From assembly GCA_028534125.1 (NCBI GenBank), contig CM052817.1, positions 96,784,001 to 96,848,000 of the forward strand: a DNA stretch of 64,000 nt. The letters run 5' to 3'. The notes beneath the pieces were generated by a model that was given only the letters and a program-made list of their open reading frames with translations, was not told where the DNA came from and ran no database searches. The first letter of the stretch is position 1. Each line of letters begins with the position of its first letter. Positions 52,716 to 64,000 of the stretch are shown here, piece by piece. Source of the stretch: Lama glama. Lineage: Eukaryota. A program made the translations under genes and the position numbers.

Positions 52716-53227
52716 GAGGACCCATTCCACACAGCCTCTTGTTCCAGTAACTGCTTCCTCCTCTTTGCTGTTACTGCACCATCCCAAATGGTTTCCCTGC
52801 TCCTTGACCAAACCTTTGTAAACAGCCCCTCTATTGAACATTCTTCAAATCACCTACTTTGACCAACCGTGAGTAACCTTGACTGGATCATAGGACAGCA
52901 AACGTTACTTAGAATTATTTGACAAGTAGTGTTAATGCAAAACAATTGTTTGATAAGAACAAAAGGTGTGGCTGTTTCCCTTCACCCTGTGCCTACTTCC
53001 CTTGACAGACCTGAGACAAGACAAGATTTGTGGAGTGTACCTTCGATATTATTTCAGACCTTCCCCAAAGGTATGTGGCCTTGCTTTTATTAAAATGGCT
53101 CTGGGTGTTAGAGCTGTCTGGGGAGGGGAAGCAAGTAACTCTATCAGGTTGACCCAAGTCAGGCTTCTACTCACCAAATGTGTGATTTTTGGTGATACAA
53201 ATCAGCTGGTTATCTAGTTTAATCTTT

Positions 53228-54216
53228 ACTGGGGGACAATTCTCCATGGCATTTCTGTATGCTTTCCATCAGTTTTTTCTCTGGAATATCTTTTCAAGGA
53301 TATTCATTTGTACAATGTAATAGGGAAGAACAAATCTGACTCCATATTGAATTTGTTTCTTTTACTTTAAATCTTTGTTTTCTATTACTTTTGCTACAAG
53401 TTAATCACTAAAGGGATGTTGCATATGAGCTTAAATCATAAATAATGGCCCATCTCTGGGTACCCTGACTCACAGATAATGAGCATAAAGCTAAAACACC
53501 TTTGTTTACTCACAGGAAACATCCTGACCAGGCCCACCTGTGAATGACAGCAGGAAAGAAGAAATGAACACATCCCCTCTGGAAGCTGACCAGAACCAGG
53601 AAATTGTCTGACTTTACTCCCTCCCCTTTTAGTATAAAAGAAGTATGAATTCTAACTCAGGCAAGACAGTTCCTTGGGACACTAGTGCACCATCTTCTCC
53701 GTCTGCTGGCTTTCTGAATAAAGTCACTATTCCTTGCCCCAACAACTCATTCTTGATTTATTGGCCGGCTGTGCAGCGAGCAGTACGAGCTTGGACTGGG
53801 TAACTAACACATACAGCAAACAGCCTTGAGAGGTAGAGATAGCATCTCCTTCCAGGGCAAAGAGCACATTTTTTTTCCTGACTAGGATGATAAAGACAAT
53901 GTCTCCCTCCAGGGAAAATGTTGAACAGGTTTACTTTCAGTTCATTACAGAAGACTGGGGCATTCCTCACCTACGGTGGAAACTCCTTTCTGTACAGCAT
54001 ACACCTGGGCCTCTCCACCTCACCCCCTGGGACTTGGGAGGCAAGAGGAACCATTACAAACATGAAGCTCTTCCTGCCTGCTGTGCTATTAGTAGAAAAG
54101 TCCTTTGTCTCTGACCCAGATGTCTCATGTCTTGTCGGTATCTATGGAACTGTGGCAGGCTAGCCTCTCAGCTTGCAATTAGGGTACAAATCTCAGACCC
54201 TTCTCAGTTATTAACA
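53228..54216 (+). mobile_element. LTR40-like (ERVL) LTR with a younger ERV1-like LTR nested at 53316-53809
   Basis: Outer gacaattctccatgg...tatcttttcaaggat resumes as acagccttgagaggtagagatagc. Inner tgtaatagggaagaacaaatctgactccatattg...tataaaag...aataaag...taaca. Confidence 0.7.
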
Positions 54217-56587
54217 GTCCACAGACTTCCAGCTCAGTGACTTGTCCCCCCCCAATCCTGAAGCCATGTGTTTCTATATCAGCCACTAATTTTGTGGTCA
54301 TTTGTTAGGGCAGTGACAGAAAATACATCAGGCAATATTTTTCTACTTGAGTCTTCCTTCCTGGGGACATTGGTCACGAATCCAGGGTTCCTGAGAATAA
54401 GGAGAATTGAAAAGCTTAGTGCTGGGACAACTGCCTGATCCTTATTATATCCCAACTTAGGGAGGGTCCTAGGACGAAGGGAAACAACAAAGACACTGCT
54501 CTCCTGTTTTCCTCTCTTTTTCCAAATGAGAAAATGGGAAAGCACAAATCATAGGATTTACACTCTAGGAAAAAAAAAAAGTCTAGCTTTACATCTACAA
54601 AGTAAAGATGCCATATAAATAGAAGCACTGACTACACTGGCCCAAGCCTGGTGGACTGCGTTCAGAGCTCTGTGTGCAAAGAACGCTCACCCTCCGGGGC
54701 AGGAGAGGAGTTACTCCTCACCACACCCCCACACCTGACCTATGTAAAACCACAGAGGACATGTGCCTGTGAGTTTACACAAGGCAACTGACAGCCTGAA
54801 CTATGTGAGAAAAGAGGTAAAACTCCAGCTCCATAGAGACCTTTCCTCACATATAAGGAAAAAACTAAAACACCGGGGCAAAACCCTCCCACGAATTCTC
54901 CTTACCTCGTGTGAGTCAAGCCTTCTTTCTAGGGGGATCAGCATAGTCTAGCATACAAAGTACAATAAATGACACCTTGAGTTTTGTTTAAATCCTAAAG
55001 AATTTGTTTCATATAAAAATATGTTTCCATTCTCACATTTTGAATAATCCACAGAATCTTCTTCCTAACCAGAAATACCTTCTCTCCCAAAGCTCCCGAA
55101 TTACCTAGTCTTGAATCTGTTAACGTTTAAAGTTATTAAGGTTTTTCACCTTCCTTTTAGCCTGTAACTTGATATGCCAGAAATGTCACTTAAATCAGTC
55201 TGAAAATAAAACATCAATTAAAAAAAAACTTCCTCATCAGATATAGCTACTAGAAAGTTCATCTAGTGAGTAACAATTTATAGAAAAAAAAGGTAATTTA
55301 TTATTTACTATGCAAGTCACCTTCACCATTCACAGGATCCTCTTCACCTGAGTAACAAGACAACATATACTACTAAAGATTATCAGGTGGCTTAAGACAC
55401 TTTACCACCGTTCTTGTGAGGTAATTAGAGATCCTGATAGTCACTAATCCAGTAATTCTAGTAACACACTTTTGAAGACCAGGGCAAATGTTCTCTTCAT
55501 TTAAGGATTTATTTCAGTAGTTTAAACACAGAGCCTTCATAAAGAAAATCCACTATAAAAGTCAATGAACTGAGAGAATAAACCTGAATCAAGAATGTGA
55601 AAATTGAATCTGTAAGCAAAGAAAACCATCAGAAATTGTTAGGCAAGCCCTGGAAATGTGGGGAGTAGTACCTAAAAACAAGAGGCAAAGCCAGGGACAA
55701 AGGCTTATCCAAGTCAGAAACACAGGTAAGGGACCCTAGACCACAATTTCCAAACTGTGTGCTGAGGGGCCACAGGGCAGGAAGTGCATTCAGAGGCACC
55801 ACAGGATAGTTTAAACGTTTGAGAGAAACACAGAAACATCATATGAATGTCTGGAAGTAGGTTGTTTGGACATAATTACTTACTTACTACATGAAACTGT
55901 TAGAAATTTCTTTGCCTAAAGGACACCATGAAAAATTGACTGAGATTCAAAGGACATCATGAGACGAGAAAGTCTGGGACTCGCCGCCTTAGGGACAAGC
56001 TAGGGTTCAAAGGACATTGAGAGCCTGCTCAGAGTAGAATCAGAAAAGGAGGTCAAAAGCAGAAATGACGGCGTCTCCAGCTACTACATAACTCTTGCAT
56101 TGACGCAGACCAAGTTCCCCACAGGCACCTTGTTTAGGGGGGGCCTATATTTTTAACGACACCCTAGCTCCCCTCCTGCTCCTCCCCTTTCCCCCTGCTC
56201 ACAGCCACTCGTGGAAGCAGGACCAGTAGGGGAACTTCCATTAAACACACACACACACACGCACACAAAAGAAAAAAATTATGTACATGGTGGGACCTTT
56301 TCTTTCATGTAATCCTGGCTCTAAAGAAAAGAACACTTGTGCCCTATGACTCTGGAGTTATTGCAGGATCCCTTTAAAATCAGTGACTCTTAATGACAAG
56401 AACAAAACCGTGGTTTTTCAATGTTGGTTCTGGGACTGAACAACTAGAGTTCCCCAAATATTTAGTGTGAGACAGTCTGCTGAAATTTAATTACGTCCCT
56501 AGGGATGAAATGAGTGAACTTTATGTTGAGCTTCATTTAGCAACTTCATGACAGCCCATTATAAAAAATTTTTAATTTACTCTAAAT

Positions 56588-57533
56588 TAGGGGTTAGCAG
56601 ACTTTTTCCATAAAAGGCCAAATAGTAAATATTTTTAAATATACTTTTAATTTTTTTTTACAACCCTAAATGCCAAATTAAAAGCAGTTGGGTATATTCA
56701 CATTGCTGTCAACAAATCTCCAGGTATCTTTACGTCTTGCAAAACTGACACTCCATCCCCAATGAACAGACAATTCCCTGTTTCCCCTAAATACATCCCC
56801 TGTATGCTTACAGCAGCATTAGACACCATTAGGGGGTAGGAAGGCGGGTTCTCTGGTCAAGGTCAAAAGCAATGGAGGAGGATCGTATCCATACCTCATC
56901 CTCTAGGTGCGTACACCAGTGTTCATAGAAGCATTATTCACAATAAATACCAGGTGGAAACCAATGTTCACAGCAGTAGTATTCAAAATGGGCAAAAGCT
57001 GGGAAAAACCCAACTGGCCATCAACAGATAAACAGATACACAAAATGTGGTTTCTACATACAGTGCAATATTATTTAGCCTTGAAAAATTAGGAAATCCA
57101 GATACATGCTACAGAATGGATGAACCCTGAAAACATTATGCTAAGTGAACTAACCCATATGCAAAAGGACAAATATTGTATGACTCCACTTACATAAAGT
57201 ACCTAGAGTGTTCAAATTTATAAAGGCAGAAGGTAGGAGAGTGGTTACCAGGGACTGAGGAAAAGGAGAATGGAGAGTTAATGTTTCACGAGTACCGAGT
57301 TTCAGCCTGGGATAATGAAAAAGTTCCAGAGATGGACAGCAGTGATAGTGGCACAATAATGTGAATATATTTAATGCCACTGAATTGTGTGCTTAAAGAT
57401 GGTTAAAATGGTAACTTTTATGTTGCATGTATTTTACCATGATGAAAAAGGAAATGCAAAAACTGTTTTTAGCCCATGGGCCATGCAGAAACAGACTGCA
57501 GACCACGACTGGGTTATTGCAGGCCATAGTTGG
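56588..57533 (+). mobile_element. MER58-like hAT MITE interrupted by old L1 3' fragments
   Basis: aggggttagcagactttttccataaaaggccaaatagtaaatatttt ... ggccatagtt. 8-bp TSD (c/t)tctaaat at 56580-56587 and 57534-57541. L1MB-like sequence at about 56640-57450. Confidence 0.7.
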
Positions 57534-57584
57534 TTCTAAATCATAAGACCCATAAACAAAATGAACAAAATGACAGAAAATACT

Positions 57585-59525
57585 TTTTTAAACTGTAACT
57601 CATTTTTATTTCAACATGAATATGTTAAACAGATCTTCATATTGACCACCACTGGCACTTTTACCATGGTTTGTACACATCACATGATCATCTTGCATAA
57701 CATTACATTTTAAAAAACCTCTGAGTGACAATTTTATAGCATTCACACGCTATGAGCTGGTTAAGGAAGAATACCACAGTTGCCTCCTACAGTGCTTCGC
57801 TGGTGTAATAAGAACAGTTCATTGCGGTTAAAAAAATTAGACATCAAGGTTAAGCAGCTCCAATTTACTGAAGGCCACCAGTGGCCACCACTGGGGACAG
57901 TGAGATCTTTTAAAGTGTACATGTCCTAGAAGCAAACACCGTCATTGGTTAAAACTTTGTCAAAAGAAGTCAGTTTCTGTGCTGAAAACTATTTTCATAA
58001 AACTGAAAACTACCAAACTGTTTTAATATAAGTACTTTGTCTTCTCATCAGCATCTTTAAGACCAGGTTCTTTGAAACCGTTGTAATTTGCTCTCTCTTT
58101 AATGTGTGCTCTCATTTCCATCTCACCCATTTAAGGTCACCACCTAAAAGGCTTTAAGGTGGTGGTGAGAAACTCACCAGGGAAATCCTTTGCTCACCAG
58201 GAATGTTCAGCTACTGAAAAATGATCTAGAGCCTTGATGGTGCGGAGCTGGACTTGACGAGAACACTCAGGAAGCCATCGTGCTGTCATTGAGCATCATT
58301 TCAAGGAAAGCAGAGAATCTTCCCAAACTGTGCACATAATTCACAATGATACCATTGCTATGTGTTGAAGAGGACTGGTATATGATGTTCTCGACCATGT
58401 CATCTGTTTGCCAGAAAGCAGTTTGGGTCAAAGTAATTATAAGTGATGCCCTGGGACACACAGTAGACTCTAAGAATGTCTCTGACCTACAAACAGGTTC
58501 TAGTTGGTGATCGTCCTTGTGAATATCTGTTTTATGAAGGCGGTCTGAACAAGAACCACAGAAATCCAAAGGCATTCCTGGAGGACAATCCTGGCAGTGC
58601 CACTGAACACCCTGCCTGGATAGGTTCTATGCCTCAGTTATCACACTTGAAGCCCACATGGTACACAAATCCACTTTCAGCTTGCATTTGCTAAAGTTTG
58701 TTTCTTTAACTTTTTAAACTGTTCCTTATATTCAGGTAAATTCCTATACATAATAGGAATACTCTATCTGATGCCTCCTCAATAGCACTGTTCATGTGGC
58801 TATGAAAACAGGATCGGTCTTCATCTTCATCCATATAGACTGATGGTTCCTGGGAAGTCATCAAAGTGGAATGTTTAAAGAGGCTTATTAAGGGGGTGCT
58901 GTCACGTGCTTGTTGAAGACTTTTTGGAGTATATATATATATATAAGTTTGGTGTTCTGCCTGGGACTGGAATGCCAGCTTTAGTTTCATGAAATACTTC
59001 TGCACTTGCTGGCAACCTGTCCTTCTGTCCTACTGCCCAGTTCATCAGCTACGTTCTGCCAGCATCAAGATTCTACTCCTTCAGGAGGGTATTCCAGGAG
59101 CAGTTGTTCAAACTTTTTCTGTTCTTCAACAGTCCACAATTGGTTAAATGTTTCAGGGTTGGTATCATCACACATGTGTCCTCTTATCATCTGAGGATGA
59201 CTATTTTGAGCCTTCTGAACCATCACTCAGAGACAACATACAAGTATGACAGGGACTCTCCATCCTTCCTAGGATCTAAAGAACTTTTTGGTCTAGCAGG
59301 TAAACCTAGTTTGTCAAAAACTAGATTAACTCTTCTAGTATGCCTTTTATGACTTTCACATTCTCTTCCAAAGTTCCCAAGGCTATTGGTATACTGGTGC
59401 CCAATCTTTGGCAACTGAACAACTCTCTGTGATACGGAAGCCCTATATCAGCCTTCTTCTGGAAGTTTTCCAGAAGAATCCAATGGGATTTTTTTGTGCT
59501 TTCTCTGATGTCTGCCTAAACTCAA
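57585..59525 (-). pseudogene. ZZZ3: 5'-truncated processed pseudogene of ZZZ3 (ZZ-type zinc finger protein 3): SANT and ZZ domains, stop at 58400-58402, about 0.8 kb of presumed 3' UTR
   Basis: The minus strand reads, with frameshifts, [175 protein letters not shown]. There are no introns. Premature TGAs lie at 59065-59067 and 58634-58636. AATAAA (-) is at 57605-57610. Confidence 0.93.
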
Positions 59526-59529
59526 CCTG

Positions 59530-59722
59530 ATGGCTGACAGTTCCACAAGCAAGTGTTCCAACAGACAAGGTGAAGTTGCCTGGCCTTTTATGACCTAGCC
59601 TCTGCAGTCATATGGTGATTATGATCACTGTACTCTAATAGTCAAATCAGTCACCCCAACCCAGATTTAAGGGGAGGGGACACAGAGTCCTTATGTTTAT
59701 GGGAAGAGTACAGAAGTTGCAG
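59530..59722. mobile_element. Old MaLR (MLT1-type) LTR fragment abutting the 5' end of the pseudogene
   Basis: gccttttatgacctagcctc...cagatttaaggggaggggacacag. Confidence 0.55.
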
Positions 59723-62440
59723 CCATGTTTTAAAACCACCACAGACACATTTACATAGAGAGATATGGCAATACATGCCAAGGGGTGCCCGCTTCGCAGA
59801 ATCCCTCAAAGTGAATTTTGTTAACCTATTATTTTAAGGCAGACTAATCCAAACTGCATCAAGAATGACTAATGACTAAGAATGACTGGCTTGACTTTGA
59901 CCCTAGTATCATCTACTGGTTATAATCACTTGTTATTTTTCAAACGCTATCAAGCTCAGATCCACCCTCAGGCTTAGGCTAAGTCATATCCAGAAAGAAT
60001 ACAGAGAATACCTATAGCAAGAAAAGCAAGTGGATTAGGATCAAGCTAACATTATGGTTGCTGAAATCAGCCATTCCCTGACTCAGTGATTACCAGACTT
60101 TAGGATTTCATGGACCAAGAACAATTTTGGAAATAGACTAAATAGAAACAAAGTTACCAACCTTTCATTCTCCAAAGTAAGAACATTTAGAAAACAACTA
60201 CTCTATAACTATCACATTAAAAAAAAAACAGAATGGATAACTTCAAAATAAAGCATACTCCTTTAGAATGAATAAGTTTGACTAAATGGAAAATTCACTA
60301 TATATATTTTTTCTTTCTTTCTCATTTCTCTGCTGATCTGCAGAAAACTTCACCATGGATGAACCCTGGTTCACAAACTGGTGTGGGAAATTACCTATGC
60401 AAGTGACATTCTGGTCTCGTCCCTCTCTTGCTTTATTCTATTTATTTTTATAGTTCTAGAGCTTTAGCTTGCTCCTAGGAACTCAATCTAAAAGGCAGAC
60501 AAATACGTAAATGATTATAACTCATTAGTGCTACTAAGGATATAGGGCGAAAAAAACTCAAGGAAAGTTTCACAAATTACGTAAAAAACATTTGCCCATG
60601 AGAAAGAATGGGGAAGACTATTACAGATGTCAATGACTATGACTGAAAGCACAGAGACTATGTACCCAGCATACCCAAGGAAAACTATATTGTGTATCAA
60701 AAAGTAAGTAATGGTTATACTTGGTTGTAGAGTAAGGGTTTTCTCTTGTTTATTCTCCTCTTTTCTGAAATTTGACAATGGAGTATGCACTGATTTAATG
60801 ATCAGGAAATTAAAAACAACTATGTCAATTTTGTAGGTTAGCTTATGAAGAACAAACAAAAAGCCTATGTCCCTTTAAGGAAGCAGTTTGTATAAAAAGA
60901 GACCAGGCTGTAAAATGGAGGTGTTATCAAGCTCCAGACTTTGGCTAGGACAGATGACAATGGGGCAGACAACATTCCCTAGGCTGGGCGTAGTCAATAC
61001 TGCAGGCCTTCTAGTTCACATACAGTCATCAGTCAGGAATTCTCAGTTGGCAGATGCTGATAGGTTAAATGTTTAGCAGCGCCTCAGGAGTCAGAGACCA
61101 AGGTTAGAATCCCAGCACCACCACTAACTAGCTCAATGAGCTTTGCAAATTACTTAACCATTTGAATCTCTTTTTTCATCTGTAACATCAAAAACTGCCT
61201 ACCTTCTGGGATTTTTATGCAGATCAACTGATATAATATAGGTAAAGAGCACTGTGCAGTGTCTGACTCTCAGAAAACGACACATATAGAACACATTTGT
61301 GTGTCTAATTGAGAAGTAGAGATTTGTTTGTTCTATTGGTTTAGAAAGGCTTTAAGATCCCATTTACCATTTATTTGCCCCATAGGTTTAGTTAAAAGCT
61401 TTAAGCACATTAAATTTGTCAGCTATAATGTCAACCTTTTAAAACTTTAATGTATGCGAGTTTGTAACAAGTTCCACATGCGTAAAGGATATTCAGTATT
61501 TGCAGTGTCTTCTAAAATTAATCTATGCCTAGAATGGTCTTTCCGCAGGATCCCAAAATAACCAAGTGGCTCTATCCTTACCTTCCAGCAACTGACACAA
61601 AACTAGGCAAACGTTTCCCATTTCTTTCTGTCTTCTTATTCGAGCTGACTTCCCTAACCACTCCCAGAGAGAATGGGGGCCCTTTTGTGCAGAAAAGGCT
61701 CAGCTCTAAGGTAATGGCCTCTTACCCAGGCTTTCTTAAAGCTGGAATATAGTCAGCAGAACAATGGAGTAGGGGTTCCTCAAGTGTTCTCAAACGCTCT
61801 GTACAGCTTGCAGAATCCTCATGGGCCACTGATCCATCCGACAGAGATTCCACAACTTCCCCGAACCCCCTCTGCTTCCAACCTTGTAACGTAAGTACGC
61901 ATCCCTACAACCCCGCCCCCTTCAAATGACCAATCAGAGAGTACGGGATGAACCGGATGAGGTGGGCCTAGCTTGGCGCTGTCGACGAATCACCAACCTC
62001 ATTAAGCAGGGGGCGGAAGCGGAAGCCCTGGTTTGGCCTTGGATTCCGCCTTGGGGGAATGTCCGGTACGAACGAGTGAAGACATCCTGGGGCCAGCGGG
62101 TTTGAGTTATCGCCCCTTATCTATCAGCAGAATCCGGCAAGGAAACGCCTGCGAACCGGGGAGGAAGGAAGCTCGACCGCCCAAGAAAAGAGTGAGCGGG
62201 CAGGCAGCCGCGGGGCAGAACCGAGCTGTGTGCAGGGTCCTTACAGGCCGGTCCGGCTCGGTGCCGCTCCCGTCGAGGCTATGCTGCAGGGGGAGCTCCG
62301 AGCGATCCCGGCGTGAGGGGAGCAGCTCTGCCGGGGATTCCACCGCGGAAGAACTGGGTGGATGCACGGTAGAGAGGAAAGAATGCTGCCCGCACTGCTC
62401 CCCGGTAGCATCTTGAGCGGCCGCATTTGTGACGGCAGCA

Positions 62441-62476
62441 GCGGCAGCGGCAGCGGCAGCGGCAGCGGCAGCGGCA
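62441..62476 (+). repeat. (GCGGCA)6 hexamer repeat within a GCA/GCG tract (about 62433-62490) in the TMEM184C 5' leader
   Basis: Read directly from the sequence. Confidence 0.95.
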
Positions 62477-62602
62477 GCAGCAGAAGCAGAAAGCACAGCG
62501 TGGGCCAAGGAGGCGGTTCGAGCTGCTGAATAAGTCACCCAACGGCTGTTTTTCCGTAGTATGCGAGTCGACAGAACAGCCAAAGAACAGGGGTTCCCAT
62601 AA

Positions 62603-62869
<267 letters not shown>

Positions 62870-63778
62870 TGATATCCTGAAAACCACGTCATGTAATGAA
62901 CCCAGTCTTAGGACATAAACCTGTTGTTTCTGGTTGTTCACAGTTTTTCAGAGCTTTCTACGGGTGGAGGAAGGGCCGAGAAAATAGGATATATTAAGGT
63001 AGCGTCTTCGGAGAGCACTGTTTGCAAGCATTTATCAATTCCCTGAAAGTAAGGTAACTTTATTCCTGAAATCTGATCTATTCAAATATTAGACTTAACT
63101 AGATCCACTTTAAAGACCAGGTGTTGAATTTTATTAGCATTTAACTAGCTTCCTGGATTAAAAGGACGCGAGTTGGTTTAACTTTGTTGTTTGTTTTTAC
63201 TTTAGCAATTAACTCTTAACCAACAAAGTTTTGCAAAAAGTCCTTTGTATATTTTTTGATGTCATTCTTATTATGATATCAGTAAAGTAGTAAAAGCTGA
63301 AAGACCTCCCCGCCCCAGGTAAATACTTAACTAAGTGCTTTATGAAAATTGTAATAAACTTTAAGTTTGAAGTTAATAAGAACCTGGCGTATTTTTACTT
63401 AGAAACAACTATTTCACATGAGTTATGACAAGACCATGGGTTTTTTTTTAGGCTTTTTATGTGGAAATGATTTTTATACAATTAAATGAAATGTATTTAA
63501 TATGTTTGTTTTCTGTATGTTCACTTAAGTATTTTTTTGTTGACTTTCCCATACTAACATAGTCCATGTAGTTGTTTTTAATGTTATGTAACATTACACT
63601 GCATCGTTTCCCATTTATTAGATATTTAAGTTATTACCATAATTTGTCTAACAAAATTCAAGTATAGATATCTTAATACAAATAGGGATTTCTTTGGAGT
63701 ATTTCTTACTTTGAAGTATAGAAACTACTTTTAAGATTAATAATACGTATAATAACCTATCTTGAGACTTCTCTTAGG

Positions 63779-64000
63779 TGTTAGTGTCAATGGAAAAAAT
63801 TAATAGTCAATCTGAGGAAGAAATGGAAAATTTTATTTGAGGCAAACTGAGGCTTATAGCCCAGGAGACAGCCTCTCCGAGAGCTCTAAGAACTGTTCCG
63901 AAGAGATAAAGGGGGAAGCCAGCATATGTGTGATTTTGGTGCGGGGCAGCAATACATGCAGTCAAGCACACATCTCAGTAGATGGTTGCTGCTACTCACG
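63779..64000 (-). mobile_element. LTR (same family as 49492-49917), cut by the window end
   Basis: gaagaaatggaaaattttatttgaggcaaactgagg...cagcctctccgagagctctaagaactgttcc. Confidence 0.65.

Overview
Mammalian (vertebrate, intron-containing) genomic DNA, most likely a camelid judging from its tRNA-derived SINE family and young L1 3' ends. Bases 1-9.9 kb hold the last four coding exons and the 3' UTR of EDNRA (endothelin receptor type A, + strand). About 52 kb of repeat-rich intergenic DNA follows (MaLR/ERVL/ERV1 LTRs, L1, L2, MIR, hAT MITEs, SINEs). The window ends with the CpG-island promoter and first coding exon of TMEM184C (+). The main feature hidden from the ORF track is a 5'-truncated, disabled processed pseudogene of ZZZ3 (SANT and ZZ domains plus 3' UTR) on the - strand at about 57.6-59.5 kb. 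It points away from the TMEM184C promoter, which carries bidirectional-type motifs. Other points of interest are a perfect 84-bp tandem duplication that doubles an AP-1 site, a MaLR internal region bounded by two different LTR families, two L1s inserted into one target site, a CRE/GC/TATA-MEF2 cluster, candidate CTCF sites, and ERVL pol remnants. I see no convincing wholly new biological system. Most ORFs in the track are spurious. Repeat family names and orthologue comparisons come from memory, not from a search, and repeat boundaries are approximate unless a TSD is given.
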